This document shows, piece after piece, positions 1-14,200 of a stretch of 64,000 nt of DNA. Location of the stretch: positions 292,772-356,771 of the forward strand of contig QPMI01000411.1 of NCBI GenBank assembly GCA_004431415.1, written 5' to 3'. The notes under the pieces are model-generated. The model had not been told where the DNA came from, did no database searches, and saw only the letters and a list, made by a program, of their open reading frames with translations. The stretch comes from Cyanophora paradoxa CCMP329. Lineage: Eukaryota > Plantae > Glaucophyta. The translations under genes were made by a program, and so were the position numbers. Position 1 is the stretch's first letter. The number at the start of each line of letters is the position of its first letter.

Positions 1-1100
1 GGTCACGTACACCCGCTGCGCGAAGGCGTCGGTGGCGGGCGACGCTGGTGCAGGCGGGCGGGCGGGCGCACGCAGGTGTACTGGGTCGTGGGGGCCATAT
101 TGGGAACCGTGACGGTGGCGGGGGTGGCGGCCCCGGTGGCGCCGGCGATGGTGGAGACGGAGCTCTTCGTGCCGCAGATGGCGATGCACTGGCCGCCCGC
201 GCCGATGCCCGAGTACGAGATGTCGATCTTGATCGTCGTCGTCGGGAGCCGCGGGTCCGCCGACGCCGAGACGATGCGGACGCTGGTCGTCACGGGCGCG
301 CCGGTGTCGTCCAGGGTCGTCGCGGAGATCGCCTCGCTGTCCGCGAACTTGTACTCCGCGTTCCTCAGCGCCGCCACGCACGAGTACTGGGTGCCCGCCG
401 TCAGTTCCGGCACGTCGATCTGTCAGGGGGCGGTCAGGGGCGAGGCAGGGCGAGCAAGGAGCGACAGCGCGAGGCAAAGCACACCAGAGCCGAGGTGTCG
501 CCCGAGGTCACGGAGAGAGTCACGGTCTTCGTCTGCTGGGTTGCCGCCGACGTGCACTTTGCCTGGACATCCATGTACCGAACAAAGCCCGCGATGCTCG
601 TGTCCTGGGCCGGGAAGGTCGCCTCGACCTTGAGTTGCGTGGCGCTGACCACGGTGACTTTGGCGGTGGGCTGGGGCGGCAGGACGTTCGCGACGAAGCC
701 GATGGAGCCCGCGCTGTCAGTGAGCGTGCAGTAGACGTTGCGCGAGGGCACGAAGCCAGTGCCGAGGACAGTGGTGCCGATGACGGTGATGGTGCCCTGG
801 GCGGCGACGCAGTTCGAGGTGCAGGCGACCTTGCCGGCAACGCAGGTGCCGGTGACGGTCCCGGAGGCGCCGCTCACAGTTGTCATGAACCCATCCGACA
901 ACTGCGCCACCGCGTGAGCAAAGCAAGAGAAGGGGAGGCGGGGGCCGGAGTGGCGGACCGGCGTGATGGTGCCCCTACTAATGGCGGACACGGTGCCTGG
1001 ACAAGAGGGATCAGCTGTGCAAACCGAGGACGGGGCAGCTTTGCATACCGATAAAAACGGCCAAGAGAAGAAAGGCACGAAGGGGTGACATCCTATTCAT
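1..1100 (-). CDS. Secreted Thr/Val/Cys-rich beta-sandwich (FN3/Ig-like) repeat protein, multi-exon, runs off left edge
   Basis: ATG at 1100 gives signal-peptide-like MNRMSPLRAFLLLAVFI followed by a GT donor. Exons ~494-890 and 3-421 contain repeated 'QYSCVA/QYTCV' and 'VYCTLTD' segments. The fold assignment is inference. Confidence 0.5.
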
Positions 1101-2903
1101 GTTCCTAGCAATCTTTACACCCGATATCCCTGCGGGGTCGGTCAGCGCGCCCGCTCGAAATTATCGCGTGGGAACGGGGCGCCCGCTCACCCTACTGTCA
1201 CGGCACACCCTTTAAAGAAAGAAAAGAAGTCGAAAAGAGAGACTTCCGCCGATCTGCGGGCCGGAGGTCAGTCGGGAGGGCGGCGGGCTCGAGGGGACCG
1301 TACGCGTACGCGATACGCACCAACTACTTAGCATCCAGGGAACTCGAATCGCGATCCTCCTGCCGAAAACACGCTCCTGCCTGAAGGGGAACTTAGCTTG
1401 CGAACTTTCCCGCGAGCCCCGAAAACCGCGCAGACCTCTTCCTCCGCAAAGGAGACTTGCTCAAAGACACGGGAGAAGTTGCGTGGTGGGTCGGATCAGG
1501 CTCAGTAGGGCGTTTGCTGACGGTCGCGCGCTTTTAAATCTGAATTGGGGAACTGCGCAGCGGAAGTGGTCAGGGCGAGCTGGGGACGGTAGGATCGCGT
1601 GCGTTTTATCGATCCCCGCTGTTAAAAGGCCACGATCGCCCCGACCGAGCCAAGGGGAACTAGCGCAAAAATGCGAGCCGCGCGATCTTTCACTTCTCGG
1701 TGCCCACCCACGCCTTCCGATGCAGAGGGATCGCTTAAACGCATAAGCGAACCTTTTGAGGCGGATGCCTGCTTCCCCAGAAGTTCCAAACTCCGCCGGG
1801 TGCGTATGTGGCTGCGCGTCCGCGTCAGCGTCCCGTCAGCGCGATCCCAAGGCGTACGATCCCACCTGTGCTCAGTTCAGGGCTGCTGGACGCTAACTCC
1901 TGAAGGGACTCTGGTCGCTGGTGATAAACTGCTCGATTTCTGCCGGGCGAAACGCGGTGAGCTCAACGCCGATCGAACGGCAATGCTCTAGGGCCGTGCT
2001 GGGCTAAGGTGCTGCTCGCCGAAGGCCTTCGACGCACCTTGGGAGCGCGGTTGCGCTGCTGTGGAATGAAGGGGCTTGCGCTGCGGCGCGAGGGTCTTCC
2101 TGCGCAGTTGCTTGACACCTGGCAAACGCGTTGCAACTGGCCGGCTTGCCCGGGTAATTTCTCGAAGCTTGCCCGCCACAATTGTTTTAACAAAACATTA
2201 ATTGTACATGTATATATATATACTTTATTGTATATTTATATGTAAGATCGAATTAACGTGCATGAAATGAAATTAATTATCTCCACTTAATTAATTACAA
2301 TTTATTAAATTGACCGCATATACGTATACATTATAATATTCAAGATTGTGCCGCATATGCGCATGAGCATGCATGCCACGGCTGCGGTTCCTCGCTCGGT
2401 TCCTCACTCGAACCGTCGCGATCGCGATCCGATGATGATGATCGCCACCTCAAACTGCAAGCTGTTAGCTGTTTGCCAAGTCACACGTGCACTGTCTCAG
2501 AGTCTCACACATCATATATGCGAGGCGCCAGCTGCAGGCTGCCAGCAGCCTGCATCATGGCATGTGCGCGCAGCCGCTGAGCTGGCATGCGCAGCTGCAG
2601 GCTGCAGCTGCGCATGCCAGCTCAGCCTGCAGGCCCCGGGCCCGCGCGCACAGCGCCAGCGCTAGCGCCGCAGCTGGCAGCTGCGCGAATATGATCATGA
2701 TACATGCACAGGCCCTGTCACAGGGTGGGCTGAACTTCGAAGAGCCTGACGCTAGCGCTTAAGCTGCAGCTGAAGAGGCCCGGCGGGCGCGGGCGCCATG
2801 GCCAGGCTGCTGCCAGCGGCCTGGCAGGCCCGCACGGCGCCGGCACCGCGGTCCCAGGCCTAGAGCCTATCTAAACGGTCTATACCGCAGTATTCCCGCA
2901 GGG

Positions 2904-4616
2904 CTACCGGAACATGCGCTTGTACCAGGGGGATCGCTTTGTGTCATAGTAGCTCATTACGGCCGCGCTGTGCACGTCCGGTCGGCCGCAGGCGTTGGCA
3001 CCGGCGGTCAGAGCTCGAGGCGGAAGAGGGTCAGAGCAGGGGAGGGCAGGGCGCACGCGTCGACGTTGTTGTGGCCTGCGCCACCGCCGTACCCCCAGTT
3101 GAAGCCGCCGGGGTCGACCGGGACGCCGTAGTAGGGCCCCCCTGCGGCGATGTACCCTTGGCAGCACCAGTGAGGGGGCGGCGGCGGGGGCGAAGCAAAG
3201 CAAAGCGCTGGCGCACCGGGGCTGACGTTCTGGTAGCGGGGGGAGAGGAGCGCGTTCGCGTACCCCGCGTCCGGGGCGGGGTAGCCCGGGGGCGGGGGCG
3301 GCAGCGGCGGCTCCGGCGCGGCGGCGACCGCCGCGCCGGGGCGGATCGCCTGGTCGGGGGGGAGGATCTTGAGGGGCTCTCCCGAACCCCCCGCCAGGGG
3401 CGCGGGGGGCGGCCGCGGCCGCGGGCCTGTGGCTTGTGGGCCCGGTGTCGTCGGCTGCGGGGCGGCGGGTGAGCGCTGGGGCCCACAGGGGCGGCGCGGG
3501 TTCCTACGCACTCGGGCATTGGACGGCCCCGGTGAGGGCGGGGGGGGCTTGGGCCCCGCGAGCTGCATCTGCTGCGTCTGGCTGGGCTTGAGCAGCTGCT
3601 CTGCGGGGGCGTCGGGCGCAGCCTCGGCTGGGCTGGGCTCAGGGGAGCGGCGGGGGGCGGACCGACTGTGGAGTAGGCGGTGGCGGCGAGCTCCTGGAGG
3701 GTGCTGAAGAGGCCCGTGCTGTCCGCCGTGCTCTCCCATGTCGGCGGCGGCGCCGGCGACTCCGTCCCCGGCCGGTGCGCCGCCAGGCACTTCTCTATGT
3801 ACGTCACCAGCCGGCTGAACGTCGGGCGCTCCGAGGGGCGGCCCCAGCAGCGCTCAATCTGCCAGCGCTCGAAACCGAGGCGGGCGGAAGGGCGGGCGAG
3901 GGCGGCGGGGCGGGGCGCACGAGCTCGCGGATCTGCGGGGGCGTCCCCTCCGGGATGGGTAGGCGCCTGTCCTGGAGCCCCGCGACGCCCACCACCGCGC
4001 TCGGCTGCATGCCCTCCCACCTGCGCCCCGCCCCGCCCGCCGGCGCTCGGAGACGGCCCCGGCCGCCCCTCCCGTGCACAGAGGAGGAGCGCACGGGAAC
4101 TTCTGCGTGCTGATCTCCCACGCGATGACGCCGCTGCCGCAACGTAAGGAGAGGGGGGCCGGGGAGAGGCGGGGCGGCGGGGGCGGCGCGCACAAGCTGA
4201 AGACGTCGGTGCGCTCGGAGTGCTGGGCCTCGCCGCGGAGGACCTCGGGGGCGCACCACTGCGGCGTCCCGATCGTGCTCGTCGCGTTCTTCGTGCTCTC
4301 GTGCTTGATCTTCGCCAGCCCTGCCCGCCCCCGTCCCTCCGGTCAGCGCGGCGGCGCGGCGGCGCGGCGCCCCGGCGCGAGGGGCCGGGCGGGGGGAGGA
4401 GGGAAGGGCCCGGGGCCTGTGGTCGTGCGGAGAAGCCGCGCGCTGCCCCGCCCCGCCCCCGCCCGGCGCCCGCGCGGCTTCACGACGGCGGCGAGCGGGG
4501 CGGACCGAAGTCGCAGAGCTTGGCGGTGCCGTCCCGGAACATGAGCACGTTGAGGCTCTTGAGGTCGCGGTGCACCAGCTGCGCGGGCAGCTCGCGCGGG
4601 GCAGGGGGAGCTGGTG

Positions 4617-4648
<32 letters not shown>

Positions 4649-5642
4649 CGGGGGGCGGGCCTTGGCCTTGGTGGCGAGGTACATCATGCCGCAGGCGATG
4701 TCGCGGAGGACCTCGAGCTGGCGCGGCGGCTCCAGGCGCGTCTTGCGGCAGTACTCGAAGAGCGAGCCCGAGGGCGCCAGCTCCGTCACGATGAACGGCA
4801 CGTCCGACGCCCCGTGCCGCCCGTCCGGCAGGTGCGCCCCGAACGTCTGCACGATGTTCGGGTCTGCCGCCGCCGCGCCCGTCGTCTCAGCGGCGCCTCG
4901 GCGGCGGGGCGGGGCGCTGGTAGCGCACGGTGCAGGCGCAGCATGACGGCGGCCTCGTGCTGGAACTCGGTCCGCAGCGCCCCGTTCATGGCGTGCAGGT
5001 GCACCAGCCGCTTGCTGCGGCGCCGCCAGTACTCAGGCGTGCCGCAGGGACGGGCCTCCAGCAAGCTCCGACGCACCACGCGACCTCCCTCCCCTGCCAG
5101 CGCGCCCGCAGCACCTCTCCGTAGCCGCCTGGGGCATGGCGGTCACGCACGCCCTGAGGGCTCCGGACCCGTGCGGGCCGGAGGATGAAGTGAGGCGCAC
5201 CTTTTCCAAGTATACCGAGGATCTTGAGCTCTTCAGGCGCGATCTCTACATACTCTGTTGCGGCCGCGGTGAGTGCAGCTGACGGCAGAAAGCCCTTTCT
5301 AGTTCGCAGCGGGAGGGGGGCTTCGTGCCGTCGAGCAGAGCGGACGGATATACACTGTACAGCCTCCCGGCAGAGCTGGATGCAGCTCGCGTGCCCAGGC
5401 GGTTCGGAGCCTCTAACAGAGGAGGCGAGACGCACCCGACCCGAACTGGAACAAGCTGCTTGAACTGGACGTCATCTCGACGCCTGTGCCGCGCTGGCCA
5501 GCTGCGGCAGAACCGCTCCAATTAGGGGTAGTCAATACTAGTCGCGCTTGACCGTGTACCCTTGACCTGACCTGCGCCGTGGACTGGCGGACTTCCGTCA
5601 CCTAGCCGTGGAGGAGGACGCGCGTTGCCGCACGGTCGGCAT
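2904..5642 (-). CDS. Tyrosine-kinase-like (TKL/MAP3K Raf-type) Ser/Thr protein kinase, multi-exon
   Basis: Spliced motifs: ELKILGILGKG-GYGEVLRARWQGREVA, EFQHEAAVM, FIVTELAPSGSL, VHRDLKSLNVL, AKLCDFG, GTPQWCAPE, TDVFS, RCW...RPTF, then a Pro-rich tail. Stop at 2904; start uncertain. Confidence 0.9.
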
Positions 5643-6182
5643 GGCGAGCTTGAGGCCGGGCGACCCGTACCCCCCCTTATGGCGAACGCAGGCTTCTGAA
5701 AAACTCGTGCGCAGGCTTCTGTCACGTCTGAAAAATGCAAACTGACTAATGTGCTTGCAATTCTCGACGTGAAAGACGCGCTCCAGCGACTGTTTTACGT
5801 GGTTTGGGGGGTTTTGTATGGCGAGAGACAGTACCCCCCTCTACCCTGCAGGGTTGCACCCTGCAGGGTGGCAGGTCGCGGGGCCACGATCACTAACCTG
5901 CGGCGGTCCTGCGCCGTCCTGCGGCGCCTGCGCTGGTCCTGCAGCGTCCTGCGCCTTGTCCTACGGCGTTCCAGCGCAGCCGGCTGCGCTATTGCCGGCC
6001 GCGTATACGTGCCAGCGTCTAATCCGGAGCCCCACAGCGTCAGCGATCTACTTGCTCGGCCGCGTGTAGCCAGCTGGGCGGGCTCCGATCAAGCGGTCAA
6101 GCGGTCATTCTTGCATTTGGCAGTCATTCTAGCGTGCTCGGCGCTTTGCGAGCGCGCAGACAAGCCATTAGCTTGCTGCGGG

Positions 6183-7819
6183 ATGAAGAAGTACATTGAC
6201 AATTCGGTCGTCTGGCCGCCGCTTCCAGGTACGGTTTGATCACTGATGAACTTTGGCAATTGGTTGGCTGAAGGAGAATCGCCAGAGTGGTATACGTATG
6301 CCAAGGATCCCGGCTATGTTATGTGCGAAGACGGCGACGAGTCTGCCGGCGGCGAATTCCTCATTCGAGAGGTGCGACACTTTAGCGCGACGTCGGCGCT
6401 CCAGTGCGACGTGGGCGCGCGACGGCCGCGGCGAGCCTCCGACGCGCTCGCGCAGAGCGCGAGCGGGAAGTGCCTCTTCTTTGACGAGGAGTACGAGGAC
6501 GCCGAGGGCTACTGGCCCCTCCGCGCCGTCGACTGCGACCCTGCGAGCCGTGCGCATGCATATGCGCACGCAAGCGCGCGGCGCTGGCTGGAGCTGGGGC
6601 CTCCTTGAGCGGCCCCGCAGCCGAGGCGCGCTTCCTGTGGTCGTTCAGCTAGCTGCCGCCCGAGCTCCAGGGCCAAGGCCTCGCCAGCCTCGAGAACAAC
6701 GCGCGCCGCTCCCTGTCCCCGGCCCTGGCCCAGCCGCGATCGCCGCCCCGCGCCCCGCTCACGCCTCGCGCGCGCGCAGGGGCGGCACCCCGACATGCCG
6801 GGCGCCTGGAACGGCTACTACGACGGGGTGCGCCGGCTCTCCAGGGGCTCGAGCCCTGCGGGCTCCGGGGCCTGGGCGAGCCTTGACGTGGCCCGCCGCC
6901 GCGTGCAGGAAGGGGGCCTGGCGCAGTGGACCCCGATCCGCGGCAGCCCGGAGCAGACCGCCGAGCTCGACCAGCACTTCATGCGCGCCCCGCGCCCCGC
7001 CCCGCGCCCCGCCCCGCGCCCCGCGCCAGCCGCCTGCTCACATGAGCCCGGCCCGCGCCCCGCGCGCGCAGCTTCGAGAAGGTGGGCGAGCAGGAAGGCT
7101 CGGTGCGCCCCGTGCAGCCAGCCCCCCGCCCTGGCCCAGCCGCCGCATCCGAGCCGTGGGCCGGGCGGGGACACTGGGACAGGACATGGTACTACCACGC
7201 CGAGGGGCGCAGCGGCGTCCCCGACGCTGTCGTCATGGACACCGAGTGCGCTCGCGCGCCCGCCCGGGGCCCCGGCGCCCCAGGCCCTAGGCCCTAGGCC
7301 TTAGGCTTTCCACCGCGCCCGCGCCCGGCCCGCCCATCCCCGCCTCGCCCCGCCCCGCCCCGCCCCGCCCCGCCCCGGCGGCTCACCGTGTCCTCGGGTG
7401 GCAGCAACAACATCGAGGAGCAGCGGTTCCTGGTGGGGCCGGCGGGGACGCTGGCGGCGCACGGGCTCGCGCGCCTGGACGCGACCCAGCAGGAGCTCGC
7501 CGAGCCCGAACTGGACGCCGACGCCGACGCTGAGGTCGAGCTGGAGCTGGAGCTTGAGCTGGGCGGCGAGGCGAGTGGGGTCCCGCGGCGCGCCTACCGC
7601 GCCCACCGACGTCGCGCGCGCGCAGGCATGGGATCCGGAGGCGGCCGCGGCGCCGGTCCTCGGCCTGCAGGCGGAGGAGGGGACCGCGGCCGAGTGCGCT
7701 CTCGCGTAGCGGTAGCATTGGCCGTGCGCAATTGCAAGCCGCGAGGGCCGCGAGCGACGTACGACGGCCCCCCAATCCGGGACCTCGGAGGCTATAACTA
7801 TAGGCTCGGAGGCTCTTAG
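6183..7819 (+). CDS. Hypothetical multi-exon protein
   Basis: Coding-like exons (NFGNWLAEGESPEWYTYAKDPGY, LFFDEEYEDAEGYWPLRAVDC, GAWNGYYDG, HWDRTWYYHAEG) are separated by typical CCCCG introns. No family recognised; boundaries approximate. Confidence 0.4.
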
Positions 7820-8252
7820 CGGTCCGCGCGACTGGCGTGGTTGGATTCGCTCTGAACGACTCTGAAGGCAATCGCACGTGCACCCACGCTTGATATCGAA
7901 CTGCATGCAGCGGCTCGGGCTTGGGCGTGCGCGCGCGCCGAATTCGAAGTTTTCGAACCCGAGATCGACATTCAACCTCCGAGGTCTCGCCGAGCCTTGC
8001 TAGAGTGCCAGGTTTCGTGTATCCCCCCTTGGCATACAGCTAGCTGCTGCTGCGTGTCCGCGTGGCCGGCTACCACCGGTACCAGCTCCGGGGATCCGGC
8101 CGGCTGAGTCGTGCCTGTGCGCCATCCTAGTTCAGAACCGGATGCCTCTCGACTCGGCCGTCTCCTAAACAATGGCGCCGAGTAGGGGGCCACGAGCGGG
8201 GCCTGGAGGCTCGGGGTGTCTTTGCAGCAGCATTTCCAGAAGCAGTCGAGCG

Positions 8253-11200
8253 ATGGCAAAGACGCACCGCTCTCGAAGAAGACCCGCGCCCCGCAGGCCC
8301 GACGTTCGAACAGAAGAAGTCGCGGGGCGAGGACGGTGCGCGGCTGCGCTTTGCAGATCGAAAGCTAGCTGTACAGATACCGTTTGCAGGTCATGGACGC
8401 TGGCTGTCGTGTTGGCCGTCATCGCGCTCTTGCCAGCAGCACAGGCGGTGCTGGGTGTAACCGGCGACTTCGCGACTCCGCGACCGGCGGATGCCTGGTG
8501 CGGTGGCGGCTCAAGCGGCTGCCCCGCTGTGGCGTCGATCTGGCCTGCGGAGGGCCCTGTGGAGGGCGGCACGCAGGTCACCGGTGCGGGGCCCTCCGCA
8601 CAACCGGGGTCGCGTGCGCCGCTGACGCCCGCGCCTGCGCGAGCAGTGTCGGGAATGCACTTCGTCTCCGGAGCGAGCGTGCAGTGCCACTTCGGCGGGG
8701 TGGCCGTGGCCGCCTACGTGAACTCGTCGAAAACGCTCCTCTGCACGGCGCCGCAGCTGCCGGAGGGCTACAGCGAGTTCCGCGTGACGCAGGACGGCGC
8801 GGCGGTGGGCAAGCCGTCGGAGAGCGAGCTGGTCCTCTACAACGTGACGCGCTTCGTGCTGGACTGGGTGAACGAGACCTTCATCGCGCCCGACTACACC
8901 GAGCTGCTCCCCTACCGCTCCGTCGTGCCCCTCGCCTTCAACGCCTATGTCTCCGCGTCGGCCCTCTCCGCCTGGCCCGCTGCCGCCCCGCCCGGCGGCC
9001 TCCTCTCCGTCGCCGGAGCCAACCTCTACGGCGAGACGGGCGCCGGCGGGCCCGCCGCCTGGTGCGTCTTCGGCGGCGCCGGCACCGGCGGCGACGGCCG
9101 TGCGGTCTCGCGGGGGCGGGTCATCTCCACGGGGCTGGCCCTGTGCGAGCTGCACGTCCCGGGGGCGTCGGACGGGGCGCCGGCGGACTACGGGGCGGCG
9201 CCCCCGCTGCGGCAGGCGGCCTCGGTCGCGCTGCTCGGGGCGGCGGGGACGCGGGCCTGGCGGCGACGTCGGGCTGCAACGGCGGCGGCTGCAACGCGTC
9301 CGTCGCCCTCGCGAACGGCACGGCGTGCGATTGCACCGGCTGCGCCCGCTCGACGCCGAGCCTCCCCACCGCCCCCTTCGCCATCGCCGCGCGCCCTTCT
9401 TCCTCTACGGTGCGCACCCCGCGCCCGCCCGCCCCGCCCCGCCCCGCCGGGCGCCGACGCCGCGCCGCAGCGTTCGGGCTGCTGGGCCCGCGCTCGGCCC
9501 GGGGACGGGAGCGACGGCGGCCGCCTACAGCGGGCCGGAGGGCGGGGCGCGCCTGGCGCTGGCGCTGGGCGGCCCGAAGGCCCTCGGGAGGCCGAGCGGG
9601 GGAGCGGGGCCCTCGCCCTCGGGTGGTGCCGCCTCGCCGGCCGCACCCTTGTGAAGGCGGAGGCGGAGGGGCCGGGCGGGCCTCGTGCCTGCTGCCGGCG
9701 CGCCCCGCGGGGGCGCCGCCGTGCCCGTCGAGGCCTCCGTGGACGGCGCGACCTTCGACTCCCTCCCCTACTCCGTCTCCTACCTCGGCGCGCCCCGCCC
9801 CGCCCCGCCCCCGCCCTCGCCCCGCCTGACGCGCCCCCGCAGAGGGGGCGCGCGTGGCGGCGTGGGAGGCGGGCCGCGGACGGCGGCGGGGAGACGCCGC
9901 TGCGGCTGGCGGTGCGGCGGGAGCAGCGGTACGCGGGGAGGCGCCGGCGTGCGCGGCGCTGGCGGGCGGCCAGACGGCGGCGACCATCGCGAGCGGGATC
10001 GGCGAGGTCGCCCCGCGGCGTGGCTCGGGGGGCGGGGTGCCTCCTGCGGGGCAGCGTGGCGCGGGCCGCCCCCGCCGGCTTCGCGGGGCTCCTGGTCCGG
10101 GACCCCTTCACGCCCTTCTCGCGCTTCGCCGCCCTTCCCGTCGTCCTCGTCGCCGGTGCGGCCCCCGCCCCGCCCCCGCCGCCTCGCCCCGGCAGAGCTC
10201 GCCGACGTTGACGCGGCGCCCGCAGAGCGCGGGAGGTCTCGGCGGTGCTCCCGGCGGCCCCCGCGGCGGGCCTCCACGGCCTCGTCGCCCTCCGCGGCTC
10301 TTCCATGGCCTCCCGCGGCGAGGAGCTCGCCTGCTGGTTCGGGCCGGCGGGGCCCCCGACGGGCGCCCGCGTGGGCGGCCGCCGCGCGCGCCCTCAGCAC
10401 GGCCGCCGCCGTCTGCGAGCCGGCGGCCGCCTCGGCCGAGGGCGAGGTGATGTACGCCGGCGGCTCCCGCCTCGGCACGGCGCCCGTCGCCCGCGCCTCG
10501 GCCGCCCCCGAGCCGCTCGCGGCGGCGGCGACCCTCGCGCGCGCCCTGGACGCCCTCGCGCTCTCCGTGGGCGTGCGGAGCGAGGGCGGGGTGCTGGCCC
10601 CTCTGCGCGCCCGCCTCGGGGGCCGCCTCGTCGTCGCCCTCTCGCCGGCCCTCGCCGCCGCCCCGAGGGCGCCCTCCTCGCCGCCGCCCTGCCCCTGCCG
10701 CGCCCGGCGAGGCCCTCCCGCCCCTCGCCGAGCTCGCTGCCCCCGGCGCCGACTTCCTGCCCCTGCCCTCCCCCTCTCCGCCCCGCACCCGCCCCGCTGG
10801 GCCCTCCGCGCTCCCCTCCGGCGGCGTCGCCCTGACCGCCGACGGCGCGGCGCCCTCGCTCGTGGCGGTGGCGCCGGCCTCGCGGCCCGCCGCGCGCTGC
10901 TCTGGTGCCAGGCCGGCGCCCAGCGGAGCGCGGCGGCGGCGGCCGGCGAGGCGGCGTCGGCGGTGCGGTGCGCGCTGCCGGCCGGCGTCGCCCCCGCCTC
11001 TCGCTCGTCCGCCTCGTCGACGCCCTCGGGGCCCCCTTGCGGCGCTCGACCTCCGCTCTGGGCCCCCGCCGCCGCCACGGCGGCCGCCCCGCGCACGCTG
11101 CCGCTGGGGCCCTACACGGCGGCCCCGCTGCTGCTCCTCGCCGGCTCGGGGCTCCTCCCCGCCTCCGCCGCCTTCGTCCGGCTCGCCCCGCGCTACGCCC

Positions 11201-14200
11201 CGCCCGGCGCCTCCTCCTCCGAGTCGTCTGCCGCCCCTGCTCGCCTGCTGAGCTCGGCCGCGGCGCTGGTGGAGGCGAGCGGCGAGGCCGGCCCGTACGC
11301 CGTGCAGCTCGCGGGGCGGCGGACGGGCCGCCTTCGCGTGGCAGGAGGCGCAGGTGGATCTCGCGGCCGACGCGGCGCCGGCCGCCGGCCTGCAGTGCGG
11401 CGCCCTCGCGAGCCCCGCCGCGTGCGGCGCGCTGGCGGGCGGCGCCGCGTGCGCGTGGCGCCTGGCGACGCTCTCCGCCTGCGAGCTGGGGCGGGGCGCG
11501 AGCCCGGGCGGCCGGCCCTCGCCGCCCCCGCCGCGACACCTTCTTCGCGGCCGCCTCGGACGTCGTCCTCCTCGCCGCCGCCGGCGGCGGCCCCGCCTTC
11601 CCCTTCTGGCCCAGGCCGGCCTCCACCCGGCCTGCCTCCTCGACGGACGGCCGCGCCGGCGCGGCCGCCGTGCTGCGCTCGCCGGCGCTGGGGCCAACGG
11701 GAGCAGCAACGGGACGGGACGCTGGGGCGGCGCTGCGCTGCGGGGTGCCGGCCTCGGCCGCCGCCGCCTTCGTCTCCCTCTCCGTGCCGGGCTTCCCCGG
11801 AGCCCTCGTCCTCCAGTTCCTCGGTGCCCCTCCCGGCCCGCCCCCGCCCGCCCTCCGCGCCTCACGCGGCGCGCCCGCCCCTCCGCAGCGGCGCCGGCGC
11901 TGGGGTCGGTGACGCCCTCGTTCGCGGCACCGCACGGGCTGGTGGCCGCCGCCGGGCGGGCCTCGCCGGCGAGATCGCCCTCGGCCTCGCGGGGGCGGCG
12001 CGCCCTCCGCGCCCTCTCCACCGCCTTCGCCGTCGCCGAGCTCGCCCCAGCGGCGCCGGCGCCGGCCCCTCGCCGCCCCGGGGGCCTCCTGGACGCCTCG
12101 GGGCTCCTCGCCTCCGCCGCCGACGCCCCCTGGACGGCCGCCTCCGCCTCCGTGTCCGGGGCGGCGCCGCGCTGCTGCCGGCTGGCAACGCGAGCGTCGC
12201 AGCCGCCGGCGCCAACGGCACGCTCGTGCCCGGCGCGGCCGCCCTGGCCCTCGGGACGGAGGGCGGGCGGACCGTGCTGGCGGCGCCCGTCGCCGGCTCG
12301 CTCCTGCCGGCGGCGGCGCGCCTGGAGTGCGCATTCCGCTTCTCCGAGCGCTCGGCGGTCCTCGTTCTGGCGGGGGCGGGGGAGGGCCAGGGCGCCTCGG
12401 CCGCCGCCTGCCCCGCCCCGCGCCTGCGCCCCGGCCTCGGCCTCCTCCTCGTCGGGCCCTCGGGGGGGTACCCCCCGGAGGCCTTCCTCCTCGCCGTCTC
12501 CTCGTCGGCGGCCGCGGCCCGCGGCTACGTGCCGGAGCCGCTCTTCGTCTCCCCCGCCTTCGAGCCCGCCGCCGAGGCCCCGGACGGTCCGCTCCGCTCC
12601 CATCCTTCTCTCTCTTTGTTCTTATCGTAACCCCGCAGAGCCGGCCTTCGCGGACGGCTTCGTGCCGCCCTTCGCGATTGGATCCTCGTGGGCCCTCGTG
12701 CGGGGCCGCGGCATCCTCGCTGCGCTCGACGCGCCGGGGCCCCGCCTCGCGTCTGCGGCCTTCGGCGCCCCGCCGCTGCGGCCGCTCTCCTCCGCCGCCG
12801 CCTTCGTGGAGCTGCACGAGGCCGGGGCGGCCCCCACAGGGGCCCTCGCCCTCCCCGCCGACGGGCTCTTCGAGGCCCCGGGTGCGCCGCCCCGCCCCGC
12901 CCCGCCCCTCCTCGATTTTTAAGCTGGCGCCCCGGTCTAAGGGGGCGGGGGCGCAGGGGCGGCGTGGCGGGCGCTGACCCTGGCGGACCTCGAGGGGAGG
13001 GCGGGGGAGACCCTGGCGCCCCTCGCCGGCCCCGCCTTCCCCTCCGCCCCGAACGCCACCGCCACCGCCGCCAACGAGACCGGAGGCGCTGCGGCGCGCA
13101 TCGCGGCCGCGGCCGGCGGGGGGACGATCCTCCTCGCCTCGTCGGCCTCGGCCGCGCCGCCGCCGGGCCGCCTCTTCTGCTTCTTCGCGGCGGGCCCGGC
13201 TCGGAGCGGGCCGGCGTGGTCGTCGCTGCCGCCTTCGCGGAGTCGGCGGGGCGCGCAGGGGTCGCCTGCGTGAGCCCGCGCTCCCCGCCGGCCCCGCCCG
13301 CGTCGCCCTCCGCGACGAGCTGCTCCATGGGGGCCCCGGCGACCTCTTCCTCCTCCAGGCCGGCCCCTCGGGGCCTCCGCGCCCCGGCCGCGAGCATCCG
13401 CGCCGCCGCCGAGGCGGCCGTCGCCGCGCAGGCGGTGTTCGCGCCGCTCTCGCTGGGGGCGCAGCCGGCGCGGGGCCCGCGCCTGCACGCCTTGCCCCTC
13501 CTCCTCGCCGTCGCCGACTGGACGGCGCCGACGGCGGCGTGCCGGGGCGCGGGCACCTCCCGCCGGGCCCGGGGCGCGTCCTCTCCACCGCCTTTGTCCT
13601 GTGCGAGCTGCCGGCGCTCCCGCCCCGGCCGGCTCGGGCCTGGACGCCGGCCCGCCCCGGCCGAGGCGAGCCTGGCGCTGGCCCCGGAGGGCGGCGAGGC
13701 CGGCCCCGCCCCCGCTTCCTCTTCGCCCCCCCGTCACCTTCGCCGCCGCCGGCGGGCGCGTTGTCTCGTCGGAGGCCGGCGGGGCGGCCGTGGCGGCGCT
13801 CACCGCCTCGGGCCGCCCCGAGCCGCTCGCCGTCTGCGTCGACGTGCGCCGCCGGCTCTACGTCTCCGGCCGCACGGGCGCCTGCCTGCTCCCGGCGGCC
13901 GCCCCGGGCGCCGACTCGCTGCTGCTCCCGACCCTCGCCGGCCTGGCGGACCCCTCCGCCGAGCCCCTCGCCCTCGTCTACCGCCGTGCGCCCTCCCCGC
14001 AGCCCCGCGCCCCGCCCCGTCCCGTCCCCGCAGCCGCTGAAGAGCGGCTCGGGGCAGGGCCGGTGGTTGTGGCGGCGGCGCACGGGCAGCGGGCGGGGCG
14101 GCGGCGGAGGCGGCGCTGGTCGTCGGGGCCTCCCCTCTGCCAACGCGAGCGTCGCGTGCCTCGGGGCGGGGGCGAGCCCCGCGCCGGCGGCGGCGCCGGA

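Noticed and set aside
2340-2860. GCTGCAGC/GCATGC palindrome-rich intergenic tract
   Set aside because: No defined unit, termini or coding signal; similar low-complexity tracts occur in other intergenic regions.
4617-4655. Long poly-G/poly-C runs (also ~31001, ~43746, ~54427)
   Set aside because: Intronic homopolymers consistent with the C-rich intron style; lengths are unreliable.
7284-7306. GCCCTAG x3 telomere-like repeat
   Set aside because: Only three imperfect units, apparently intronic; too short to call an interstitial telomere.
9685-14143. Very long ORFs (981, 831 and 1249 aa) and similar Arg/Pro/Gly-rich ORFs across the window
   Set aside because: These are stop-poor shadow frames of very high-GC DNA, overlapping real spliced genes.
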